The translations under genes were made by a program, and so were the position numbers. This document shows, piece by piece, positions 8,350 to 18,036 of a stretch of 64,000 nucleotides of DNA (position 1 is its first letter; each line of letters opens with the position of its first letter). This DNA is from a virus: positions 13,682-77,681 of IMG/VR virus record IMGVR_UViG_3300019890_000003; one strand, given 5' to 3'. A model generated the notes under the pieces. The model made no database searches and was not told where the DNA came from. It saw only the letters and a program-made list of their open reading frames with translations.

Positions 8350-9759
8350 TCAGTGCCACACACCGACCCAATCGACGAATAGGTCGTACTTCCCAGATGG
8401 AGGCGGGAGCGAAACCCACCCACCGCCGGATGCAAGCTCCAGCATCGGCGCCCATAGCGGCTTCACTGCGGAATTAGGGGAGCTGTATTGCGGAAATGAA
8501 TCGCATTTCAGCTGCACCTCGTCGAAATATTCACAGACAGTGCCGGTTGCGCTGCCAGAATTCGAAATCTTCATCCCGACAGTGTGCCAATCCCAGGTGA
8601 GATCCGCGCCCGACCCAAGAGGATACCCGGCATACCCGCCATTGGGGCTAGCTGGAAAGAACGCTGGCGCATATGCGTGCGTAAATGCCTGGTGATAATG
8701 GATGTCATTCCCGAACATTTCGGTCATGTCCATCTCCATGCCGCCATGAGTCTGATCGCTCAACTCAAGCATCCAGAAGGATGGCCACGTACCGCCTGAA
8801 CAGGTATTATCGCCTGGGACGTTACAGAAGGAGTTCGGGATCAGAATACGGGCGTCATAGTATCCGTCTGTTAGGCCAGGCGCAGAGGCTGATTTATCAG
8901 GATATCCTGTGCCGAGGATCCCACACCGTTGCTTACGGCCAAAGCCGTAGGGATCGACATAAGCAGGATCGAAAGTGTTGCGGATACGCAACCCGCCCTG
9001 TGGTAGAATGGTAAATGGATTGTACCCATTGACACTGTCGGTGTGCTCATTGGCGCAATCGCCGAAGTCTTGTCCGGTGAAGAGCCCTTCATACCATTTG
9101 AAACCATCAGATGCCGTTGGGGCAGTGCAGCTAGGCCACGTACCGGTGCCTGGCTTGCATGGTGTTGAGTTGAGCGTCGTGAAATGATCGCTGAAGGCGA
9201 GGGTCATTCCTGACGCTGGCGCAGGGGTTGGGATGGCAGGACGTGTGCCAGCTACAAAGAGCTTATACCTGCCCTGCAAATGGACTGTAGGACTACCGCC
9301 AGGCACGACATCGTAGGCATTGAATTCCACAGTGAGCGGGCCTGCTGGCTCGGCGGATAGGTCGAGCAGACCGGTGAACATGCTGCCTGAGCCTTGTGTA
9401 AGCCTCACGGCCATCGCACCATGCGTCCATACTTCGACATTGAGCGAGCCCAGCGCCTTGATAACGATCTGTTGCGGGCTGGCCGATACCGTCGCATTCG
9501 CGTCGGTGATGCCGAGATCCAACAAGGCTGGTGACGAAATCTGATTAGACGTCACGACATTGGGTGAGCAGGGTAAAATGATCCCCATCTGGTTGGTGGT
9601 GGCCGATGACGAGGAGCATGTTGGGACCGGCTGACAAAGCGGCACGGTGATCTGCGTATAGCCGCTAGAGCACTCGGCGTGCGCCTCAGGGAACGCGAAG
9701 AAATGAACATACCCCAGCGCTATGAGGAGGAATAAAACCGCGATGAAGTATTTCAGCAT
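8350..9759 (-). CDS. Signal-peptide GH16-like glycoside hydrolase
   Basis: Start reassigned to ATG 9759 (MLKYFIAVLFLL...AHA|ECSSGYT), overlapping the upstream stop. WPSFWML...EMDMTE matches the GH16 ExDxxE motif. Confidence 0.75.
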   Translation of the reverse strand: MLKYFIAVLFLLIALGYVHFFAFPEAHAECSSGYTQITVPLCQPVPTCSSSSATTNQMGIILPCSPNVVTSNQISSPALLDLGITDANATVSASPQQIVIKALGSLNVEVWTHGAMAVRLTQGSGSMFTGLLDLSAEPAGPLTVEFNAYDVVPGGSPTVHLQGRYKLFVAGTRPAIPTPAPASGMTLAFSDHFTTLNSTPCKPGTGTWPSCTAPTASDGFKWYEGLFTGQDFGDCANEHTDSVNGYNPFTILPQGGLRIRNTFDPAYVDPYGFGRKQRCGILGTGYPDKSASAPGLTDGYYDARILIPNSFCNVPGDNTCSGGTWPSFWMLELSDQTHGGMEMDMTEMFGNDIHYHQAFTHAYAPAFFPASPNGGYAGYPLGSGADLTWDWHTVGMKISNSGSATGTVCEYFDEVQLKCDSFPQYSSPNSAVKPLWAPMLELASGGGWVSLPPPSGKYDLFVDWVGVWH

Positions 9760-11408
9760 GTGTGCGGGCTCGATGGCGCCGTGCCAGTTTGGGGAATTAC
9801 GAAGCCAGGCGGTCCCCACGTCCGATCGAAGTCCGTGAAGCTCACTGGCGCGCTGAAGACTGGCGACGTCGGATCGATGACATACGACCAGCATGTCAAC
9901 TTCGGGTCTCCCGTGGTTGGGCTGGCATCGGTATAATTGCCGCCTGAGCTAAGCGTACCGCTCCCATAATTGTGATAGAAATTCGCCGTGATCGTCGGCG
10001 CGGTAGGCGGAGACCCACTCAGAATATTGTAGCCGCCACCGGCGGCGCCGCTGATGACGATGTTGTGCTCGACCTGATTGCCGTCCATGTTCGAATTAAC
10101 GGGGCATGTCGTGGTTTGAAACGCCACAATGCTCTGTCCGAGAGTCGATAGATCGATCAGGTTGTTGTTCACCCGAACGTTACGGCCGCCATGGAAGAGC
10201 ATGGCGGTATTCGAACCATTGCGCCCAGTGATAACATTCCCGGTCGCGAGGATGTCCGTGGCGCAGTCATCCGCATACATGGCCGAGCCGAAGCCCGAAC
10301 CGAGGGTGGCAAACGTGTTTGCGTCGCGGATGTAATTGTTGGTCCATTGGGCGCCGGTGCCGGTTTGCCTGGTGGCGTCGACTTGGTAGATCCCGCTACA
10401 ATCCGCCTGCGCGGTGCAGGTGTTCCAAATCGCCATGTGGTCGATGTGGGGATTGGTGAGGACGCTACCGCTGCCAGGGTTGGTTATGTTTATGCCCCAT
10501 GAATTGGTATCATGGATAACGCCATGCGAAATCGTCATGCCGACAGGACCGTAGAAGGATATTCCGCCTGGCGCTGAGAAGTTGGAGTTCGTGGCGTACT
10601 CGTTAAAGATGATGAAATCTTTGAGGATGACGTTCGTATCGCCGCCCGTCGAATGGAAGCCGCTGTGCTGGAAATCGTGCAGCGACAGGCCGTCGATCGT
10701 CACATTTGTGGTGTGATCGAAGTTGAAGATGAAATGCAGGCCGTTGCCGAAGGCCGTCGAGCCGCCCGTAAGGTCGGCGCTGTCATAGCCGTCCGGAGGA
10801 TAATAGGACCACGTCTCGCCACTATCGGCCGACGTGAGGGCTATCCCACAGGTAATGCCGGTGCCGCCGTCGCAATTCTGGACTGGCGTTGGGAAGCTGT
10901 AGCTGCCGGCGCGGATGTATGTGGTTAGGATCGTGCCGCTCGCGCGCATGGCCGCTTGGGCTTTGCTAAGCGTGGCGAATGGCGCAGCTAGAGTCCCAGC
11001 ATTGCTATCGCTGCCATTAGTGGCAACGTAGAACGCAGATGCCAAAGCTGGATTCACGGTCAAGGCAAGGGACGCCGTGCCTGTCCCGCCAGCGTTCGTC
11101 GCGCTCTCGGTCGTATTCGTGGTGCCGGTGACCGTGGGCGTGCCGGAAATAAGGCCGGTGCTGGTGTTGACTGACATGCCAACGGGCAGGGGCGATGCGC
11201 CCCAGCTCGTAGGGGTATTCGTGGCCGTGATCTGGAAACTGCACGAGGTGTTAACCGTGCAGCTTCCTGATGCCGGGCTCGTAATCACCGGCGCCGGCGT
11301 GCTGTTTAATTGGCACAACGGCACTGTGACCGCAGTGTATCCAGCCGCGCACTCGGCAAAGGCGGGGCCGGCTAGCGCAACAAGGAAGGCTGCGAGAATA
11401 CCTCTCAT
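9753..11408 (-). CDS. Signal-peptide protein: He_PIG-type Ig domain plus right-handed beta-helix (pectin-lyase-like fold)
   Basis: Start ATG 11408 (ATGA overlap). TGLISGTPT Ig motif; FYVATNGSDSNAGTLAAPFATLSKA; Asn-rich beta-helix coils. Confidence 0.8.
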   Translation of the reverse strand: MRGILAAFLVALAGPAFAECAAGYTAVTVPLCQLNSTPAPVITSPASGSCTVNTSCSFQITATNTPTSWGASPLPVGMSVNTSTGLISGTPTVTGTTNTTESATNAGGTGTASLALTVNPALASAFYVATNGSDSNAGTLAAPFATLSKAQAAMRASGTILTTYIRAGSYSFPTPVQNCDGGTGITCGIALTSADSGETWSYYPPDGYDSADLTGGSTAFGNGLHFIFNFDHTTNVTIDGLSLHDFQHSGFHSTGGDTNVILKDFIIFNEYATNSNFSAPGGISFYGPVGMTISHGVIHDTNSWGINITNPGSGSVLTNPHIDHMAIWNTCTAQADCSGIYQVDATRQTGTGAQWTNNYIRDANTFATLGSGFGSAMYADDCATDILATGNVITGRNGSNTAMLFHGGRNVRVNNNLIDLSTLGQSIVAFQTTTCPVNSNMDGNQVEHNIVISGAAGGGYNILSGSPPTAPTITANFYHNYGSGTLSSGGNYTDASPTTGDPKLTCWSYVIDPTSPVFSAPVSFTDFDRTWGPPGFVIPQTGTAPSSPHTC

Positions 11409-12682
11409 CTGAATGTCACGCCAATGCAAGTCATGGCGCCAGAATTACCAGCCGTGAACGTTTGCGCTACGGGAGCTGACGCAGGCGCGTAATCTCCCCA
11501 TCTATAAAAATCAGCGATCCCGCTTCCGGCTGTTACAACATGCGACAGCGTTGCCGGTGACAATGCCGTTGGAGAGCCGAGATCGTTCATCCCGACATAG
11601 AATGCCCACTCTCCTGACTGCCATGTTTCGCTTATTGCCGGCACGACGCATGTCGTTCCATTTGACGTGTTTGCCTTACTCGATACTGCCTTAACCGCAA
11701 TCGACCCAGACGACGTTTTGTAATTCCTGATATTCCCGTCAATTGCCGCATAGGCCAGACCGGAACCAGGCATCGTTACCGTGTAAGATGCAGGCTCAGA
11801 ACTTGCAGTACGAGAAAAGAGTGCTGTCGTGAAGTTCCCATAAACTGGATCAAGTGCATTAGCTAGGCGGGCAACCACCGTCCACCCTGCCGGGGTGTTT
11901 GGCGTCTCGACAGGATCGGTTAAGGCCGTCTGCGAAGTGACGACCATAAACATTAAATCGCCATTGGCGACGCCAGCAGGCGTGCTCAATACGACGGACT
12001 GCGAAGCCGAAGCATTATATCCGCCGTCAGCGCCGAAGGAAATTGTGCCAGAGCCGGCCGCCGCGATGGTCAACGCCAGGTTTTGAGTTCCCGTCCCCGC
12101 CCCATTGGTTGCACTAAGGCCGACGGTGCTCGAACTAGCTGCCGTTGGCGTACCGGAGATAGTACCGGTCGAAGTGTTAATCCCGAGAGGAGCCGGAAGA
12201 TTGCTTGCGCCATAGCTGGTCGGCATATTGGTTGCGGTAATATGATATGTAAATCCAGTGCCCACCGTGCCAGACGCCGTGGTGGGGCTGTTGATAACCG
12301 GTGGCGAGCCAGCGGCGGCGATAGTCAGGGCCAGCGTCTCATTGCCGGTGCCCGTCCCATTCGTCGCGCCTAGCGTGACGTTGCCGCTAAAGGGGGCAGT
12401 GGGAGTGCCTGATATGAGACCGGTCCCCGTATTGACCCCAAGGGGTGATGGAAGCCCGGTAGCACTGTAGCTAGTGGGCGAATTGGTTGCGGTAATCTGG
12501 TAGCTGAAGGCCATCCCGGCGGTGCCGCTAGCGGTTGACGGACTAGTGACGACGGGCGCGCCAGTGGTGTTTTGCTGGCAGGCAAAGACGTTACTCAGCT
12601 GCGTGTAACCCGTAGCGCACTGGGCATTTGCTCCCACCGTAAGCGCGATAAGTGCCGTGAAAGCAATGGCTAAGGACTTCAT
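11405..12682 (-). CDS. Signal-peptide protein with two He_PIG-type Ig domains and a C-terminal beta-sandwich
   Basis: Two PVxxSPxTASGT...TGxISGTPT units. LSTPAGVANGDLM...TPAGWT...SEPASYT domain. Leader ends ANA. Confidence 0.8.
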   Translation of the reverse strand: MKSLAIAFTALIALTVGANAQCATGYTQLSNVFACQQNTTGAPVVTSPSTASGTAGMAFSYQITATNSPTSYSATGLPSPLGVNTGTGLISGTPTAPFSGNVTLGATNGTGTGNETLALTIAAAGSPPVINSPTTASGTVGTGFTYHITATNMPTSYGASNLPAPLGINTSTGTISGTPTAASSSTVGLSATNGAGTGTQNLALTIAAAGSGTISFGADGGYNASASQSVVLSTPAGVANGDLMFMVVTSQTALTDPVETPNTPAGWTVVARLANALDPVYGNFTTALFSRTASSEPASYTVTMPGSGLAYAAIDGNIRNYKTSSGSIAVKAVSSKANTSNGTTCVVPAISETWQSGEWAFYVGMNDLGSPTALSPATLSHVVTAGSGIADFYRWGDYAPASAPVAQTFTAGNSGAMTCIGVTFR

Positions 12683-12716
12683 TGTGTAGATCCTTTGAGT
12701 AAACCGGAATTAGTAC

Positions 12717-12745
12717 TTGACTATCGAGGGCAAATGCCTTAGGTT
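12717..12745 (+). promoter_or_regulatory. Sigma70-like promoter with palindromic operator in the spacer
   Basis: TTGACT-17-TAGGTT; AGGGCAAATGCCTT at 12727-12740. Confidence 0.7.
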
Positions 12746-12827
12746 AGCATGAAGGCGGGGAAGCAGAGTCAACGAGGGCGGTTGCCGCCCCAAACACTCA
12801 GCCCCGTCGACAATTGGAGAAACGGAG

Positions 12828-13031
12828 ATGACTTTTCTTGAAACCCTCGAACCGCTTGTGCACGCGGCAGAGCGATATGCACAACTAACTGAAATCCGCG
12901 AACAGCGCGGCGCGGGAGATTTCGTCGAGAAAGATTCCGGCAAGCGTATAACTTTATGGACGGCTCAAAAAGAGGCAGCCGATGCGCTTTGTGCCGCTGC
13001 TATCGAATTCTCAAAATGGGGGAGGCAATGA
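12828..13031 (+). CDS. Hypothetical early protein
   Basis: GGAG RBS; ATGA overlap with next gene. Confidence 0.6.
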   Translation: MTFLETLEPLVHAAERYAQLTEIREQRGAGDFVEKDSGKRITLWTAQKEAADALCAAAIEFSKWGRQ

Positions 13032-13258
13032 CCCAATTTCATGAAGGCCAAGAGGTGGAAGTAGCGCCGTTATCCGAAATGTTTGGCGCGTGGCGCAAGG
13101 CAAAGATCGTTGAAGTTGATCAACGAGCCGTGCAAACCTCGCCGATAAAACATCTAGTCGAGTTCGCTGATGGTACGCGCGGCGTGTTCGATGCGGATCA
13201 CATCAGATCTCTTACCTACAGAGGTCTAACTGCCCGTAACACGACAGGCATTTACTGA
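13028..13258 (+). CDS. Small Tudor/SH3-like barrel protein
   Basis: GGAGG RBS; FHEGQEVEV...WRKAKIVEV...HLVEFADG. Confidence 0.55.
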   Translation: MTQFHEGQEVEVAPLSEMFGAWRKAKIVEVDQRAVQTSPIKHLVEFADGTRGVFDADHIRSLTYRGLTARNTTGIY

Positions 13259-13260
13259 GT

Positions 13261-13368
13261 TGACGTTTCGGCTTGCCGGGTTCTTAGCCTCGCCCGGCAA
13301 AGCGAAGCGCCAGAAACGGAGCCGCCCAAGACTGGGAGATTGCGCGGATAGTTTGCCCGCGACGCTTC
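13261..13368 (+). ncRNA. Candidate structured cis-RNA, copy 1 (partial copy 13747-13792; copy 3 at 14355-14442)
   Basis: TGACG[hairpin]GCGCCAGA in three intergenic gaps. GAAAYGGAGC and GCGCGGATA...TGCCCGCGACGCT shared by copies 1 and 3. Confidence 0.5.
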
Positions 13369-13470
13369 ACAACAAAGGCCGGACCGACGCGCCACGCGGA
13401 CAACGCATTAGCACCGCTAGCCGCAGCGCGCCGATCCGTAACTCAACGAAACTAGGAGATTAACAAGGAA

Positions 13471-13749
13471 ATGAAAACACGCGAACAAAAGTACGAAGCC
13501 ATTTGGGATCGGGCAATCATGCTCGACTCCAAAAACCAAACAGAGACATTCTTGGACCTTGCCAAATGGCTCAACAAGAATGGATTTCGTAACCAAGCGG
13601 GGAAGCCATATAGGCCAGTCCCGCGTGGTGTCGCTAAGGTTGTCGCCTCTGCATGGACATATGCAGCCGACAGGTTCGGAGAGAAGAAGGCGCTCCCGAT
13701 TGCAAATGCCTTCACTGGCTCAACCGGGGAATATTCTTGGACTGAGTGA
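13471..13749 (+). CDS. Small protein resembling the serine-recombinase 'recombinase' DNA-binding motif
   Basis: LAKWLNKNGFRNQAGKPY; AAGGA RBS. Confidence 0.5.
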   Translation: MKTREQKYEAIWDRAIMLDSKNQTETFLDLAKWLNKNGFRNQAGKPYRPVPRGVAKVVASAWTYAADRFGEKKALPIANAFTGSTGEYSWTE

Positions 13750-13876
13750 CGTTTCGGCCTGCCGCTTGTGGGCGGCAGAGCGAAGCGCCAGAGTTTCAAA
13801 ATCCGGCGGGCAATCTCCCTTGCGGATACAAGGCGGCGGAATCTTTGTCGCTTCACCTTAACCATAAGAGGAAATC

Positions 13877-14140
13877 ATGACAACCAAAACTAACGTACCA
13901 GCCGTACACCTAACCCCAAAGCAACAATCCGTCATGAACGGCGCGCTGAGGGACACGCTTCTCAGCGAGCGCGCCATTGCCCGTTTAGAGGCGGCTGCGG
14001 AGGCCGTACACGCCCAAGCCAATGGGGGACGGGGATTTCAGGCTGTCAGCTCAAAGGAGGGCTTCGCGGCCACTATTAAGCACGGCAAGACCCTAATCGA
14101 AATTCAGGGCGATAGCTTTGCTGTAAGGCAAACGGATTGA
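13877..14140 (+). CDS. Hypothetical protein
   Basis: GAGGA RBS, 87 aa. Confidence 0.6.
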   Translation: MTTKTNVPAVHLTPKQQSVMNGALRDTLLSERAIARLEAAAEAVHAQANGGRGFQAVSSKEGFAATIKHGKTLIEIQGDSFAVRQTD

Positions 14141-14150
14141 GGAGAAGAAC

Positions 14151-14354
14151 ATGAGCGACATGCGAGAGAAGATTTATCATGACCTTTTTGATGCTCAGCA
14201 TCTGCTGAAAGCGCTAAAGTTCATTCTCGATGAAACCGAGGAGGGCACCGATAGTGGGCTGATGATGTCCAGTGTCGCAGACGCGATCATGGCTAAATTG
14301 GAGCAGATCGAGATCCGTCTTGACGCGAAGACTGATATCAGCCTTGCAGCCTAA
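14151..14354 (+). CDS. Hypothetical acidic protein
   Basis: GAGGAG RBS, 67 aa. Confidence 0.6.
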   Translation: MSDMREKIYHDLFDAQHLLKALKFILDETEEGTDSGLMMSSVADAIMAKLEQIEIRLDAKTDISLAA

Positions 14355-14442
14355 TGACGCAAGCCCATGGGCATCATGGTGCCCATGCACGAGCGCCAGA
14401 AATGGAGCAGCTGATGCGCGGATAACAGTGCCCGCGACGCTC
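14355..14442 (+). ncRNA. Candidate structured cis-RNA, copy 3
   Basis: Same conserved blocks as 13261-13368 with a different inner hairpin (CATGGGCA/TGCCCATG). Confidence 0.5.
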
Positions 14443-14733
14443 GGCTTAAAACCCAGGCATCCACTGCAACGGGTGCCTGGGCGCCTAGCAAGCTAGGTCT
14501 TAATGCCCGACGGCCGGGGTACGATTCGCAAAACCGAAATTACGCTGTCGAATTATGGAATGTCGTAGCATTGATAACAACTTATGGAGCGATTCGGCGC
14601 TAGAGCGCAACGAAAAGCCACATCCACACGATATCGCTCATTGACATCCAGTTTGGCGGGGTTGCCGGTTAGCTACGCCGGTCCTACGCGGGCTCCCGCG
14701 CCGTGCTGCTCACACTACAACCCCAGATATAAA

Positions 14734-14976
14734 TTAATCCCCGCACTCGCGGCGATACAGCTCGCAATTGCCCTGGCCCTCTTCGCCTAGCTCATGCTTA
14801 TGGGCGCAAGCCGCGCGCAATTCCCGACACCTACCCTCGGCATGATCCCTGTGGTGTTCATGCTGTAATGGCTCAACTCTGAGCCCATTAGGGCCAATCT
14901 CAAATTCCTGTGAGAATGCCGACAGCGGGAAGGCAAACGCGGCAGCAAGGATCAGGGCGAGGGCGTATGAACGCAT
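14734..14976 (-). CDS. Small secreted Cys-containing protein
   Basis: Signal peptide; CRELRAAC...GEEGQGNCELYRREC. Confidence 0.7.
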   Translation of the reverse strand: MRSYALALILAAAFAFPLSAFSQEFEIGPNGLRVEPLQHEHHRDHAEGRCRELRAACAHKHELGEEGQGNCELYRRECGD

Positions 14977-15062
14977 GGATTATTTCCCAACAAATGGCGC
15001 GAGGGCGGCAACCAAAAAGCAGATTGCCGTAACCAAATACATGATATCTTGGAAGCGTTGCA

Positions 15063-15635
15063 CTACGCAGCCTTATCGGTTGCGATAATATGTTCCGGAT
15101 AAGCAATCGCATTCCATTTTGCTACCGGATCAACTAGCCAATCATCGCTCCAATGGCCAGGTGGATGCGGCAGCTTGATTTCGTTTATCGAACGCAACGC
15201 ACTGTGCGGTACAAAATAGGCGCCCTCGCGTTCGCCGTGAGAATGCAACCATTCCGCTCGGCGCGCGTCTTGCGCCATTATCCAGCCCCATACGATGAAC
15301 ATAGGGCCTGTGCCGGTTACGAGAGAGTAGGGACGATCTTTCGAATCTTTTCGTACAATCAACTGATATTCGTGTTGCGTCCTAGTTCTAACCTCAAAGT
15401 CACCGACGTCCGGATCATTAGGCCGATTAACTGATTTCCGCCATTGCAACCCTGTCGCTTTGGCAAAACAGCATTCGCCGCGCGCGCCTGTCCGATGCAA
15501 AAACTCGCCGCCCGTCGCGCCGTATTTATCCTCGCTATGAAGGCGCTCTGATTCGGCTTGCCTCAAATTACCGATCTCGTCGGCCTCCGACATCTCAGCA
15601 GGCGTAAGGCTCCAAGGCTGAGCAATGAATTTCAA
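15063..15635 (-). CDS. Phage protein, possible PD-(D/E)xK-like nuclease fold
   Basis: GARGECCFAK...PDVGDFEVRT. Confidence 0.5.
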   Translation of the reverse strand: MKFIAQPWSLTPAEMSEADEIGNLRQAESERLHSEDKYGATGGEFLHRTGARGECCFAKATGLQWRKSVNRPNDPDVGDFEVRTRTQHEYQLIVRKDSKDRPYSLVTGTGPMFIVWGWIMAQDARRAEWLHSHGEREGAYFVPHSALRSINEIKLPHPPGHWSDDWLVDPVAKWNAIAYPEHIIATDKAA

Positions 15636-15676
15636 ATTGGATGGGCTTTCTAAGGGCTTTTGCCCACCGGGAGGTC

Positions 15677-15707
15677 AAAAAAAGGCCCGCGTGTGAGATC
15701 GCGAGCC
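15677..15707 (-). terminator. Intrinsic terminator
   Basis: GGCTCGCG-8-CGCGGGCC followed by T7 on the minus strand. Confidence 0.7.
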
Positions 15708-16001
15708 ATAAGTTTGGCTTGGGAGGAAATCACGGAACGGCCAGCGCATCAAGCGCAAAGAGGCACGGTGCGTTTCTGACACAAAGCATAGGCAAAGGCC
15801 CATGTCAAGCGGTATCGATAGGCTTTTGCCCAACGTCATCAGATTTCACAATTACCGGGCGTTGCCGCCACGGGAATAGCTCTTGCTTGTAGGTTGCCGC
15901 CATAATCACAACCTTGGCTATTACGCCGAAGCACATGGCGGCAAAAGCCAACCCCATCAGAATGCCACAGCCGGCACCAACCAAAAAGCCAATGACGAAT
16001 T

Positions 16002-16271
16002 CTAGGTGCACGTTATCTGCTCGCGGAAGCTCTCAAGGTTTTTGCGCTCTGGCATGGTGAGCTTTTGGCGATCGCCTGAGCGCTTGTTCCGGATGTTGCA
16101 GCACACGTAGCAACTGCACGTTTGCGGCTGTTCCTTAAACCTCGCCATGGCCTTGGGATCGGTCCAGCACGGGCACGACAAATCCTCGTAATGCTGATTA
16201 CGATCTTCCTTCAGCCGCCGCCACATATGGCGGCTTTCCTGATGGCGCCTATATGAAATTTCCCTGGTCAT
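16002..16271 (-). CDS. Basic Cys-containing hypothetical protein
   Basis: CPC and CSCYVCCN motifs; overlaps neighbours. Confidence 0.55.
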   Translation of the reverse strand: MTREISYRRHQESRHMWRRLKEDRNQHYEDLSCPCWTDPKAMARFKEQPQTCSCYVCCNIRNKRSGDRQKLTMPERKNLESFREQITCT

Positions 16272-16577
16272 TCCTTAGGCCTCTCACCATAAAAGCCAGC
16301 AATAATTCTCATCAATTCGTGCGGAGTGAATTCCCCGTCCAGCGTTATTGATTTTTCATTGAAGCATATCCACGCGCCATCGCGAGATAGGTCTACCGTT
16401 GTCCCCTTTGGGACGGGGGCGTTAATAAATTCATCGAGAGTTGTTCTTGTCATCGCCGACCTATCCACATCGCCAAATCCAACACGACAGCTACTCCGAC
16501 GCAAATGACTGCCGCGCCAACAAGGATGGCCGCTAAGTCGAGGATGATGCCGCCGATGTTAACCACCCAATCGAGCA

Positions 16578-17108
16578 TCATCTCCGCCCCAATTTCTTCA
16601 ACAGTTGCGCAAGCGAAAACAAAATCTCGATCGCGTGCGGCTCGAGCAATGGATCGATCTCAGCCTCGTGCACCGTGAGCATGCGCAACGCGCTAAATCC
16701 GTAAATGCTTTGGCGCTTGAGAGGTTTCTCGAGGCGCTCGAGTTCCTCCTTGAGCTTGATCGCCTTCTCCTCGCTTACCCCAGCCCCAGAGCCAGAACCG
16801 CCATCCGATGTTGGTTGCGGAATGCCCTTAGCCGCATAGAATTGGCGCACCAATCCGCCATACTCGATCCCGCTGTCGTAAATCTCTCGCCTTAGCTTGT
16901 GCCGAAGACACATTCGCCCAAGCGGGGATTCGCACTCTTGAAGGTTGTCACCACGCCGATGCGGTTGCGATAACACTGTAATCATTTCGGCTATCCCAAC
17001 ATATTTGTCTCGATCGGCGGCAAGCAAGCGCTTCAAACGCCCGTTGGGCTCACGCGGGCCGAACTTTCGCTTGCGGCCGAGGCGGTTCATCTGCTCATTC
17101 GCCAGCAT
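16578..17108 (-). CDS. Phage protein at distal end of replication arm, possible late regulator
   Basis: GRKRKFGPREPNGRL N-terminus; function inferred from position only. Confidence 0.5.
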   Translation of the reverse strand: MLANEQMNRLGRKRKFGPREPNGRLKRLLAADRDKYVGIAEMITVLSQPHRRGDNLQECESPLGRMCLRHKLRREIYDSGIEYGGLVRQFYAAKGIPQPTSDGGSGSGAGVSEEKAIKLKEELERLEKPLKRQSIYGFSALRMLTVHEAEIDPLLEPHAIEILFSLAQLLKKLGRR

Positions 17109-17590
17109 TCGCGACTAACCAAAGGGCAATTGCAGCCCCCACGAACAAAGCTAGAACTGCGATTATCGTAACTTGCAACCAGTTCATTCCGCCGCCTCGC
17201 GCATCCGCTTTTTCCTCATGTAGTCACGCATATATCGGCGCATATACGCGTTGTACCTTTCGCGTGTACTCCAGTTCCCATTCTTCGATCCGCTCGCAGA
17301 AGTCTCAATGGGTTGCTCGTCATAAGCAATCTTGCCGCGATATAGCTTCATGCGGCCCATCGTCCTCGACAAACTCCACGCCACTCGACAAGCATTCCAA
17401 ACATATTTTCCTCGGCTTCGTGGAGATTGGCGGCTTCGACGGATCGCTCCAATCGATGCAATACCCGATTGCCGTGCGTTGTACGCCACAATAATCGCAA
17501 AATGGATGATTTTCTATCATTTTACCGACGTTCTATCCCATTTTCCTAGTGTTCTCGCGTATAAAGGGCAGTTATGTCAGCATTGCTGAC

Positions 17591-17842
17591 CTAACTATCC
17601 AGCCTCGCCGTCTCGGTTTCCACGCGGCGCACGCCCTCGACAAGCCATGCTTGCCGGAAAATCTTTTCATTATCGGCCATGCAAATTTCCAGGATCTCAT
17701 ACGGCACGCCTGGCAATGGCTTATCGTCTTTGTCGAGCGGTTGCCATTCGACATCGGCCTCGAAGCGCGCAACCGCTCGCACACCTTCCGGCGGCGACAA
17801 TCCATCTCGGCATCTAGCCAACACGTGAAATCTAATTTTCAT
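17591..17842 (-). CDS. Hypothetical protein
   Basis: ATGA-coupled chain of small ORFs. Confidence 0.55.
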   Translation of the reverse strand: MKIRFHVLARCRDGLSPPEGVRAVARFEADVEWQPLDKDDKPLPGVPYEILEICMADNEKIFRQAWLVEGVRRVETETARLDS

Positions 17843-18036
17843 ACTGGCGGCCTATCCCAATTAAATCCATCCTTCACAGATTGATTTAGCTCATTGATGA
17901 TTTCATCAATGTACATCTTGTCCTTGTAATCAACATCGACCCATACATAAGCAACATGTATCCATCCAATCGCGCTCTTTTGACACAACTCCAACATCAC
18001 TACGGACATGCGCTTAATTTGATCCATCACATTCAC
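17839..18036 (-). CDS. Hypothetical protein
   Basis: 4-nt overlaps on both sides. Confidence 0.5.
   Translation of the reverse strand: MNVMDQIKRMSVVMLELCQKSAIGWIHVAYVWVDVDYKDKMYIDEIINELNQSVKDGFNWDRPPV

Noticed and set aside
9760-9894. Longer start for the GH16-like gene (also the track starts at 11429 and 41189)
   Set aside because: The extensions overlap upstream genes. The shorter starts sit at or just after the upstream stop codons and expose clean signal peptides.
13255-13800. Hammerhead ribozymes in the early intergenic repeats or at 8229-8348
   Set aside because: No CUGANGA...GAAA core with three stems on either strand.
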